Source: Perkinsela sp. CCAP 1560/9
Lineage: Eukaryota; Protista; Euglenozoa: Kinetoplastea
Reading direction: 5' to 3'
Assembly (NCBI GenBank): GCA_965644495.1
Contig: CBFFSA010000016.1
Location: 124,001 to 188,000 of the forward strand
DNA: 64,000 bases
A program made the translations under genes and the position numbers. Positions 54,441-64,000 of the stretch are shown here, piece by piece. The notes beneath the pieces were generated by a model that saw only the letters and a program-made list of their open reading frames with translations, had not been told where the DNA came from and did not search any database. The stretch's first letter is position 1, and each line of letters begins with the position of its first letter.

Positions 54441-57400
54441 TTTTTTTTTATCTGAATTTGCTCTTATTTTGTTTTTTTTTGCCGTCTAAAGCTCAGTACA
54501 TCCACAGCCATCTCCATCCACAGAATCGAACTGAAAGGTCTTACAATAGGAAAATCTCGCTACATAGTTCACATGGAATTCCTCCCTTTAAGCAATTTTT
54601 TTTTTATTCATTACTAACAAAGGAAAAACCACTTAGAAAGCGAGAGCCATCTCACTCTCATCAGAAATAAACTTCTTCAACTGCGAAAAGGTCACAGCTC
54701 CGTTGAGTTCCTGTAAGTAGAGAGTAAATTCTTGGAGAGTGTTCTCTCTATTCTGGCCGGCGCTGTCCGCGAGTGTGAAAAGAAGCATCTTGAGATTGTC
54801 GTGCATCGCACCTCCGGACAAAATCGGAAGGCATTTAAACTTTTTGTCGGGGATCATTCCAGATTGCACATAAGTAATTTGCTTGCGTCGAATCGCATCC
54901 TTCATGAGCGCAGCACTCCGTTTCCCTAAATTGGAGGTCGCCAGTTCATGGATTACGGTAAAATCGTAATACACCTCACCAGATGCCCAGTAGATAGCAA
55001 TGTCAGGCCCAGATCGATGTAGGACAGCATTTCTACACGTTTGGATATGTTCACGTTTCCTTCCGCAGTCAAACGAGGCTCCACAAGAGGTGCATTTGTA
55101 GGAAGTGAACTGTCGGGGCTCGCGCTCACAGGGGATTCCAGCTTTCATACATAAATTATAAATCCGTCTGACTAAAGCATCGTGCTTTGTTGTCACGTTA
55201 CTCCCTGAACATTGCGCGCATCCGGATACATGGGCCATTGCAGCTTCGGCTGAAAGAAGAATGTGGCAACCAGGGCATTGTAAATTTTCTGGAAGACCCT
55301 TATGTGCGACCCCCAAGCGTGGTAGCAGTGCTAATGTGAATAGTTTTGACGGGAGCAATTTGACGGTCGAGTGTAGCCATCTCGAGTTCCCTTTTTCGCT
55401 TGTTGCACGAATGGTTGGAGCAATCCTGTTATTTTTTAGGAGTTCGTCGCGGATTCCTTTGCTCAACATAGCCTCTGTTGAAAATTCATCGGTTGGGGGG
55501 CGTGACTTTCCTTCCATATCCCCGATCGGCTGGGGAGGCATGGGGGCTACTGCTCGAACTGAAAATTTGTTTAAACGTTCAAGGGCAGCGTGCTGAGATG
55601 CCTCGTAAGCCGATTTGCGGAGGATAACAGAGGGAGTCAGACCAAGACCACCTTCCTTCACCGGTAACCGAGCCAACGCTTTTTGGTGTATGTCCAGCGG
55701 TCCGAACCAAGTATTTAAAACGTCATCTACCTGTTGATCGAACTGCTTAGTAAGTTCAAAACATTCTTGCGGCCGATGTACCCGGATGTGATATCTATGA
55801 CGAACATTCACGCATCTCGCAAGCAACAAGAGTGAAATATTATTGGCGCCCATTGCTTTGAGACGTCGAAAGATGGCTTCATGTTTCTTTAACTTTTCAA
55901 GGAGTAAACTGCTCACTTTGTTGGTTTCCCCGACGAAAGCACCTAGGAGTTTTATCGCCTCATTTTCTGTCCGTAACCCTTCCGTTGTCAGACGTTCAGG
56001 CATTACCAACTTATGAAGACCGCCAAACCAGATGCACTTTTCCGGGGCCATCGAAATTTTCTTTTGTGTGAGTAGATCATTCAGTCTGAGATATGCCTGT
56101 TGCAAGAGATTTGTATCAGAAGACGCAAGGCTGATATCGTCGACATAGGCGTAGATGCGAAGAGTGGGGAATTCCTGTGCCAGAGATTCAAGGATGGGTT
56201 GCAACATTGTGCAAAAGTACAGAGTTGATAAAGATGACCCTTGGCGTACTCCAGATGAGCTCTTGACAGTTCCAAATAGTTCTCCGTTCTGCCCAAAGAA
56301 AAGTAGTTCAGACGGTGTTCCGTATTCAGCTGCAAAGAAACGTTGAAATGGACGAAGGGTGTGAAAGGCGAAGAGTGACTTAGCAATTTCGTCTCGAGGT
56401 GGACAGTTGAAAGCGTTTTTTAGATCCACGGTGAGTATCGCATTTCCTTCCAGGTATCTGCGGATTATTTCGTGAATTATTGTCTCACATCCAGCCTTGC
56501 TCATCACCCCATGTTGCATAGGCAGGAAAAACTTTTCGAAAGCATGTTCGTGTCGTAAAAGGAGTATGAGCCCTGCAAGCTTAAGGAAAACCTCGCCGAC
56601 TGCAACTGGTCGAACTGCGTTATTATTTTTGGGAAGCGCAACCAGTCTCGCCCTGCGCAATCGCTTCATAACGTCTGGTGAAAGCAGGCCGTTAAGAAGA
56701 TCACAATACATGTGGCAAAGACTCATGCAACTAACTTCGTCGTCGAGGAGTAAGCGAAGAATTGTGTCGGTTGTGCCAGTCGGTCCTGGTGCAGAGCCTT
56801 TGGCAAGTCTTTTCCCAGACTCCCGAAGCTCTTCCGGAGAAATGCAAGCTATTTTGGGCGGATCTTGGGGAAGCTCGAACGTGACGGGGTTCTCAGGATG
56901 TAGTATTTCGAGCTTCTGAAGTTTTTCGGCGTCGCTGAGGTTAGTTTCCTTGAATTCTTGATCTAGCACATGTGTCGCTTTCGAAACGCAGCTTTCCAGA
57001 GCAAGTCTTGCGGCCTTTTTAATAGCTCTTAAGTCATGTTCTTTAGCCTCGTTGTGTTCTTGCGCGGACGAGTGCGCTTGTGTAGAGTTCGCTTCTTGTA
57101 TCGGGCGCCGCCGTCGCCTCCTCCCACCTAGATTGCGAATTGTGGCTAATGAATATTTCATTGCGGACAGAGTGCGATGCCAGATTCTATTGCGTTCCTC
57201 GTACGTAGAGTCAGCATACTCGCGTACGATGTCGCGATAAATTGCTACGACGCACGGAACGAACTCTGACGGGATTGTCCTCATTGTGGGCATGGGTTCG
57301 AAATCAAGATCGCAATCTGTGTAAGCGTTGTTGTGTAGTTCTTGCGGGGCCTCAGTGTGTGTGTAATTCTCGCGGTTTATCCAATGCAGTTGATGTACAC

Positions 57401-57560
57401 GAACGTTCGGGGGTGGAGGTATAAAACCATCAAAAGTGGTGTCGGCCTTGTGACCCGTTATTCCGTCATATTTAATTGATAGGCTACCAATACCGCCGCG
57501 CTTCCTCGTAGACTTTACATCCCCGCACGAAATATTGAGCAATTGTTGGTCATTGAAACT
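54441..57560 (-). mobile_element. CRE/SLACS-clade non-LTR retrotransposon (RT + restriction-like endonuclease; ORF 54633-57641, true 5' end disrupted)
   Basis: KGSAPGPTG, RPVAVGE, QHGV, VDLKNAFN, GVRQGSSLS, AYVDD, KLLG, LPVKEGGLG, CPGCH..HVSGC, KHD, PDI...YDFTV; A-rich tail near 54441. Confidence 0.92.
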
Positions 57561-57561
57561 C

Positions 57562-57629
57562 CTTCTTTTTGTTAAGACCCTTCTTTTTGTTAAGACCCTT
57601 CTTTTTGTTAAGACCCTTCTTTTTGTTAA
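57562..57629. repeat. 18-bp tandem repeat, about 3.7 copies (CTTCTTTTTGTTAAGACC)
   Basis: Directly visible; produces the artefactual TKRRVL N-terminus of the CRE ORF. Confidence 0.9.
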
Positions 57630-57899
57630 AGCAATTACCACGTGATGAATGAAAAAACCCCTCTGGTAAGTGCCTTAAAAAGAACGAAGGCCTCCGGTTT
57701 AATCAGTTTTGAAGCAATTGTGGAGAAGCTTGATTACGCCAGGTTGGGTCGGAGTAACTTGTTTCTACCATCGCCAAAACGATCGATGGAGCGAGTTGCT
57801 ACCAAACTTCGTCCGAAAGCACGCATGGAATAAGGTCAGGACTGATATTCCGAACGGTGGGTATCACTATTTTACACAAGTTTACATATTATAAAGGAA

Positions 57900-58219
57900 C
57901 CTAATATTCTGATCTGAGTATTAGGAGGAAGAGGAGGATGGGAGTAGCTCGGCTAGCGCATCGTCTTTGGCTAGGAAAGAGCAAGCAACTAGGTGGAAGA
58001 AGCAAAGTGAAAGAAGAAGCAAAGTGAGAGAAGACTGGGGGAGGGAGAGTATTCGAACACACTTAGTGACCTTCTAGAAGCGAAGTCCACCTATCCAGTT
58101 ATCCTTCGGAATGTACTCACGTAGTTGAGATACCACCGTGTATGCGGACATCTTTTCAATCTCAAGTTGAAATCCCTGTCGTACATTGTCGTAGTTCATT
58201 TTCGTTTCGGTAGTTTCGG
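57900..58219 (-). pseudogene. Probable 3'-terminal fragment of another CRE-like element
   Basis: RQGFQLEIEKMSAYTVVSQLREYIPKD resembles the CRE C-terminus LQEFTLYLQELNGAVTFSQLKKFISD; pyrimidine-rich 3' UTR follows. Confidence 0.5.
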
Positions 58220-58587
58220 TACTACATATTCCATCGTGGGACTTTTCGCTTCTTGTTCGCGTGATACCTTCGAAATAAAACTTGCGTCCACCAGCTCTGT
58301 AATATCTCTTGTATTCAAAAACGATTTGCTTTTTGGTGCCGGACTCGGACTTTCCGGCAATGCTGTCAATTTTGACCACGTGTCCTCGAAGCGCTGACGA
58401 GTCTGATTATTCATCATCTCCTTAACATCTCCGAACTCTATGTTAGGAATACCTTTCTTCACGTGTAACGGAAGCTTTAGCTCCTCCCCTTGTGCGACTC
58501 TCGAAGTTCTTCTCGATCTCGTAATCGTGTGTCTTACCTTTTCATGTGGCACGTCTTCCAAAAACTTGCAAAATAGCACTTCGGGGT

Positions 58588-59625
58588 CTAAATAATTCTT
58601 AATTTCTTTGTCGCATTTTGTGTCCCCAATGCTAATGCCGTCGTCACGGGATCTGCGTTGTAGCGTAGCAGGGATTCCAGGGCCTGGTGTTTGGCTAGGT
58701 GTTGTACCTCGTCTAGACGGAGAGTCCCTTTTACCACTTCGGCGAACAGTTGTGTTATTGCCCCCCTTTTCGCCGAGTGCGTTCCGTACCCCTTTCCTAG
58801 AATATCCCGAATTCTGCTGTCGACCTGGGATACTGGGGTCCGAGACATGGGTTCCCACTGCCCCAATCGGTTGATATACTCGTATAGTTGCCTGGTTCCC
58901 TGTCCCTCTATCACCGTGTACATGGAAGGGCGGAAAGGATTTAATCGAGACGTTTTCGTGTTCCTGCCCCACCAGATAACTATTCGGTGGGGTGTTACCT
59001 CGTGAAATTGCGTTTTTGTCAAACTTGCTGTTTCGGTCCACCGACTTGCTGCTTTCCAGGAGAGCAGTAAGGTATGTTTTTCGCTCCTTGGGAGATGTCG
59101 CCAAAGTCGATGGAGTAACTCGGGGGTCAACGGTTTCATTTGCCGCACTGGCTCGGTCGCCCCCTCCGCTAGGAGCGACTTTATATAGAATTTCAGCGGA
59201 TTCGTTTCCGTGCCCGCGAGGTTTAACAACGTAGCGAGACTTCGCGCGTATGTAATCTTTCCCTGCACTCTGATGTTCATACTCGCCAGAAACGTTACTG
59301 CGTGTATCGCGTTGAGCGTTATTCCCTTCCCCTTGCAAAATGCGTTCAGTCGCTCCCACAGCCTCGCGCGGCTCTGCCATGTCGCATTGCTCCACATTTC
59401 GGACATGGCATCCATAGCAGTCCGTATTTCGTCGGTCATATGTGTGACCCCCATCAATAGTCGCAATAATTCCATTCTTTCCGGTGTTGTTTGAACGCTT
59501 AGCGTTCTCCCGTAAACGCGCCCGGAGCGTAATATTCTCCCTTTCAAGTTTACAACACTGTGGACCTTCCCAGCTTGGCTGTTTGAATCTTCGGTTTGTA
59601 GTTTCCTCCTCTTTGATACTGGCAT
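58588..59625 (-). CDS. YR-2 tyrosine recombinase
   Basis: Complete R-K-HxxR-H-Y catalytic set; clear homology to the YR-1 recombinase. Confidence 0.9.
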   Translation of the reverse strand: MPVSKRRKLQTEDSNSQAGKVHSVVNLKGRILRSGRVYGRTLSVQTTPERMELLRLLMGVTHMTDEIRTAMDAMSEMWSNATWQSRARLWERLNAFCKGKGITLNAIHAVTFLASMNIRVQGKITYARSLATLLNLAGTETNPLKFYIKSLLAEGATEPVRQMKPLTPELLHRLWRHLPRSEKHTLLLSWKAASRWTETASLTKTQFHEVTPHRIVIWWGRNTKTSRLNPFRPSMYTVIEGQGTRQLYEYINRLGQWEPMSRTPVSQVDSRIRDILGKGYGTHSAKRGAITQLFAEVVKGTLRLDEVQHLAKHQALESLLRYNADPVTTALALGTQNATKKLRII

Positions 59626-59682
59626 TATTGTTATACTGCCTCTTTTGAAACTGATTGTACTGGCCGTTTGGGTGGGACTTTG

Positions 59683-60510
59683 TCAGAAGTTCTTGCCGCT
59701 GTGCGCAGGGCCAGCCACCCTTGAACGAAAATCCGGTTGTTGGAAGCGTTTTGGGCAGTTCCGCCACATGTGGTCAGGCGAGCGACATCCGAAGCAAAGC
59801 CCTCCTCTGCGAAATGTTGTAGGTGGTCGGGTAAACCCCAAATCTTGAGGATACGAACGAGCTGCCGTAGATTGCGCCGTGTAGGTCGTGTACGCGCGAG
59901 CATAGTGCTTCTGTCGTTCAGCAAGCTGATCGCTTACGTGATGGTAAAATTTATCGTTCGGCCGAACCTCCTTCTGTAATTTTTCGTGGACCAACTCTAC
60001 ATCAACACGACGTGCACGCCAGTATGCATCCCGAAGCATCTGAACAATGGCTCTTCCCATTTCTATAAAAGCCCCCTGATTCCATCCGGGCGTCTGACGG
60101 GCCAATACGATCCACTTGCAAAAGATCCCCGTAAAATTCCGCTCCTGTTGTTTCACAAAAGAACGATCCTGGAAGAACTGATTGACCCTTAATCCAAACT
60201 CGGGAGCGTCACGCAACTCGCGCATTAAGTCTCGGGTACGAAAGCCACCCTCATCCAATGTTAGAAGCCATGGTTCGTAAGTGATTGGTTCGTACGGGTC
60301 CAGTGCATTGGGATCAAGAATGGGGGGCGTCGTTTCACTAGCAGAAAGGTCTCCTGGCAATCCCTGTTCTCCATGGTCAGTAGTAGTCACCGGACGTGGA
60401 ACTCGAGATGTCATAGTCTGTGTTCGCGGTAATACCGCAGTCGGATCTCGCTCCCTCCAATCTTGCGACGAAATGCGCCCAGCTGTTTCGAGAGGCCAAA
60501 CACGACACAT
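59683..60510 (-). CDS. gag: YR-2 Gag-like protein
   Basis: YEPITYEPWL...LR.APEFGL shared with YR-1 Gag; CCHC knuckle. Confidence 0.85.
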   Translation of the reverse strand: MCRVWPLETAGRISSQDWRERDPTAVLPRTQTMTSRVPRPVTTTDHGEQGLPGDLSASETTPPILDPNALDPYEPITYEPWLLTLDEGGFRTRDLMRELRDAPEFGLRVNQFFQDRSFVKQQERNFTGIFCKWIVLARQTPGWNQGAFIEMGRAIVQMLRDAYWRARRVDVELVHEKLQKEVRPNDKFYHHVSDQLAERQKHYARAYTTYTAQSTAARSYPQDLGFTRPPTTFRRGGLCFGCRSPDHMWRNCPKRFQQPDFRSRVAGPAHSGKNF

Positions 60511-60554
60511 ACGTGAAATCTGGAAAAATATCGGAAAGCTCCTTTCAATGTACT

Positions 60555-60591
60555 TCTTTAACGATAAAGATACAGTTTCTGTACCTTGTTG
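60555..60591 (+). other. Spliced-leader-like exon without an intron, 34 nt upstream of ATG 60626
   Basis: Identical 37-mer in a different sequence context. Confidence 0.78.
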
Positions 60592-60759
60592 TCCTTGTTG
60601 TATTTCTACTAAGTTTTACATCTCAATGTCACAAGGGGGCTGGCGCCCCATCCGAGGTAGCGTAGGTGCAGGAGGTAGCTTAGGAGCATGGATTGATCGC
60701 TGCTTTCTTCGGTTATACCCCTCCGGCTTGGCATCGGTGAAAAAGATGACTACATGGAC

Positions 60760-61047
60760 CAATGGCCCTCGAGCGCCCAAAAACCCCATTCAGCTCGGGC
60801 CCCTCTTCCACGTAGTTTGCATTTTTCGGACCAGTTTCGAATGTGTGAAAAGTGGAATGAAACGGAGCAACGGCCCTCGAGCGCCCAAAAACCCCTTTCA
60901 GCTCGGGTCTTTATTCCACGAAGTTCGCCTTTTTCGCACCAGTTTCGTATGCATGAAAAGTAGAATGAAACGGAGCAATGGCTCTCGAGCGCCCAAAAAC
61001 CCCATTCAGCTCGAGCCCTTATTCCACGAAGTTCGACTTCACCGCAC
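60760..61047 (+). repeat. 108-bp tandem repeat, about 2.6 copies, inside ORF 60626-61135
   Basis: NGPRAPKNPIQL 36-aa periodicity. Confidence 0.9.
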
Positions 61048-61319
61048 GAAACCTAAAACTGGCGTGTGCATAGCCTCGGGGTTTACACGAGAGACATGCA
61101 GGAGCGGAAAGTTGAAGTTGTTTGGGGAATGTTGAGAATAGTTAAAGGCTGCAAGTTGCAGCTAAAAGGTTGTATGCCCTTCTAAAGCTGAAGGTGATTT
61201 TCCGGCATTATTGAAAGCATGCGAAAGTAATTTTGAAGACCATTGTATCGAATGAGAAAATGTACATAGAAGGTTATTTTGGAGACAGTCATAATTTAAA
61301 AATTCAATTGATCGAATTT

Positions 61320-62596
61320 ATGGTTTCAACACGTTCTCAACTGGCGGATTCGTCTCAAGCTGCACCTGAGTCGGGCCCGCTCTCTGAAGAACCTGTTATG
61401 GTTCAGCCTTGTGGTGGAGATAGCGTTACTGTGGGTACGGGGGAAGATTCGAACATTAATCAAACTTTACAGATAATATTACAGCAGATTTCCGAATTTC
61501 GTACGGACGTAAAGAAAGTTTCAACTGCGCAAGAAAATCTCCAAAAAGAGTTTGGAAAACGTGATGCGGAAGTACGGAATGAAATGAAGATATTGCGCTC
61601 CATGACGATGGAAGTGACCCAAAGGTTGAACGACCGTCAGAATCAAAAAGGGTCAAGCATAGGAACCTCTGATGCGGGTACTAGTGAAGTGCGCCACCAC
61701 GAACAAGTGAACCCGAATCATTGTATGAGCCCCGACGAGTTGAAAAAAGTTTTTTGCAAAGTTACTTCTCTTCTAGACAAGTACACCGTCGAGCTGGATG
61801 TTTCGTGGTACTATGAAGAATTAGGTCCAAGTGCTTTGCAAGTGTGGAAAGGAATAGCCTATCCCGGAATTGATGAAAATGGAAAACCCTTTTTACAAGT
61901 CGACTATGGCCAGGGCCTGTACGCTTTACCTGAGGAAGGTGTCATGTACAACAATATTAAGATCGTATCTAAGGTTCCGAAAGATGAGGAAACTTCAGAT
62001 ATCTCAGGATCCGAACTTCGTGGTCAATTCGAAGAGAGTTCATTTAAATGGCAGAAAGTACGAACCTGGTCTGGAATACTAAACTCTGGTGAACCGTTCT
62101 CTCTAGATATTTTGGAAAATCGGCTGAAAGAAGCATTGCAAATGCCAATTTATCTGAATGAAGAATTGAAATTTCTGTGGGAATTATTAAAACAATGGAT
62201 GCGAGCAACAGCAGATCGCCAGAATGAAGCTGAAGATTCAGAAAAACATTTTGAAGTTGGACAGTTGACACTTGATCGTTTACGCATTAAACTGGGGTCA
62301 TTAAAGGGCTCCGATACTAGTTATGTGCAATCTCATTATAATGCCCACCGAAATTCAGATGACGTCTTGGGGAATTTGATCAATACAAGCGTAAATTATA
62401 ACCGGGGCAGAGGACGAGGTTTCACGCCAATGCGGGGATACCGATCAGGACAACAGAATGTTTCCGCAACATATTCACAAACCGAAACTAATCAAAAAAA
62501 TCACTATGGTAGGGACATTCAACGGCCTTATTCACGGAATTTCAGGGCAGTAAATCGGGGGGGCTTAAACCCGGTTTTCTACGGACGGGGGTCCAC
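61320..62596 (+). CDS. gag: Element YR-4 Gag-like protein, cut off at its 3' end by a CRE-like insertion
   Basis: MVSTRS start, coiled coil, homology to YR-3 Gag, RG-rich tail; sequence after 62596 is an SL fragment plus the CRE 5' end. Confidence 0.72.
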
Positions 62597-64000
62597 TTTC
62601 TGTACCTTGTTGTTTTATTTTTACTCGTATGAACACGCAAAACGCCGAACAAATTATGAAGAGGGGATCAACGCTCGATAAGCCAAAGAAAACCCCCCGT
62701 GTGAGAGTTATTATGAGTGCAAAGGAATTATCGCCGAACTGGGCCGACCACGAGGTACATAGCGACTACCGACGGCCAAGGATAAAATTTTCTGATGCAA
62801 GGCCGACCTCACAAGAGTCCGAGAATGATTCCGATGAGGAGAGAGATTCATCCAAACATCCTGAAGATTGCGAAGGCGCCTCCGATGATACCACAGGCGA
62901 AGAATCTGATGTGATGTCGGTGGATGAGGAAGTGACGTCGATGGATGGGGAAGTGGGGCAACGCAAAAACGAAGAATTTCCGAAGGCTCCAGATCACATC
63001 AACACCATTATCCATGAATGGGGCAAAGGAACGACGTGCGAACTGAGATGGGGATTCAAAAAAGAGCAGAAATATGCCTCAAAAGGAGTAGTGGTGAAGA
63101 GGACTGTCCGAAAAGGTATTGTAAAGCTGAAGGTGGAATACAAGCCAAGCGACGGAGACAATGGACCCTCTGGTTTTATCTACCTTCCTCCATCTGCAAA
63201 AGTGAAAATTTGGTCCATTAAGGCACTGTGTCTAAATAAAGTAAAAAGCGTCGATGTGTCAATGGAAAACACTGGAAATTCAGAGAACAAGGAGGAGCGA
63301 GGCATTGACGGAACATCTGATTTGGAACCGCTGCCAAAGATGGCACAAATTGATCCAACGTTTGCCGTCCATGTAATCGCGATTTTTCGTTCCATTATTA
63401 AAGCGTACCCGAAGGCTCAGACAGAAGCAGAAAGAACTGTTATCTGGCACAAACTCCTCGATACACCACGGGACTCTTTGGCCACAATCCGTCTAAACTA
63501 CCTACGGCGCCAGAGCTCCGTACAGCGTCGAGGGAGACGTGAGTGGGAAACTATCGATACGAACATTACCGAGGAAGAACGACTTGTACAAGAAGTAGAC
63601 AAACGATCAATTCGAAATGCATTGCAAGCAGCAAAGGCAGGAAATCTTGGAAAAGCTACCCGCATACTCGACAATGTTTACAAGGACTCTGCTCTTCCAC
63701 TCTGGGAAAAGGTTGACAAACTTCGAGATCTACACCCCAAAGGCCCTACACCTCAAACTTCTGATCGAGACTTCCCGCGAATTGCGATATTGGAACCTTC
63801 TGAACTTCGTCTAGCGACTGAAAAATTGTCAAAAGGTGCAGCTCCTGGCCCGACAGGTCTGAGTGAAAGCATGATGCGAATTTTAGTGGAGGACGAAGAA
63901 TCCTGCCTTTCACTCTGCCACATGCTGAGAGACGTCATAAATGGGGAAGTTGCGAAAAGTGTCCGAGTAAGATTAACACGATGCAGAATGATAGCCCTTG
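62597..64000 (+). mobile_element. 5' part of a CRE/SLACS-clade non-LTR retrotransposon headed by a 16-nt SL fragment; ORF starts at ATG 62629 and runs off the window
   Basis: Manual translation is open from 62629 to 64000: ...LGKATRILD...LRDLHP...KLSKGAAPGPTG...EESCLSLCHML...RCRMIAL, collinear with the 54633-57641 protein; absent from the ORF track because it has no stop. Confidence 0.88.

Larger units (their letters stand above)
58220..60510 (-). mobile_element. Element YR-2: gag (59683-60510), YR (58588-59682) and an overlapping Pol-leading ORF (58196-59767); truncated before the RT core
   Basis: CFGCRSPDHMWRNC knuckle; WKAASRWTE, HSAKRG, LAKH, LLRY; RRTSRVAQ..LPLHVKKGIP homologous to the YR-1 RT N-terminus. 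Confidence 0.9.

Noticed and set aside
57562-57641. TKRRVL repeats as a true N-terminus or NLS of the CRE protein
   Set aside because: Derived from an 18-bp DNA tandem repeat with a non-ATG start; not present in the related ORF at 62629
1-64000. rRNA, tRNA or telomeric repeat arrays
   Set aside because: None recognised by eye; tRNAscan-SE or Infernal would be needed to exclude short RNAs

Overview
Eukaryotic, most likely kinetoplastid (Euglenozoa) genomic DNA. The evidence is about 14 intronless housekeeping genes all on the minus strand from 5.6 to 34.3 kb (polycistron-like), a kinetoplastid-type COX VIII and mL43, and several copies of a spliced-leader (SL)-like exon (TCTTTAACGATAAAGATACAGTTTCTGTACCTTGTTG). 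The gene cluster contains many class II transposon relics (Tc1, hAT, Merlin/IS1595-like, TA-flanked MITEs). From about 34.4 kb to the end is a nest of mobile elements. It holds at least five tyrosine-recombinase (DIRS/VIPER/TATE/Ngaro-like) retroelements, one with complete split direct repeats, four CRE/SLACS-clade non-LTR elements or fragments, TIR elements carrying an SL exon, and a ~3.36 kb tandem array. The most striking result is a recoding cassette at the end of gag in three divergent YR element families, with a truncated version in a fourth. It consists of a slippery heptamer followed by a covarying H-type pseudoknot whose loop contains the single gag stop. The 0 frame continues past that stop into the recombinase. 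The -1 frame runs through the recombinase ORF toward RT/RNase H. This suggests one mRNA makes Gag, Gag-YR and Gag-linker-Pol. All calls come from reading the sequence; no database searches or folding programs were run.
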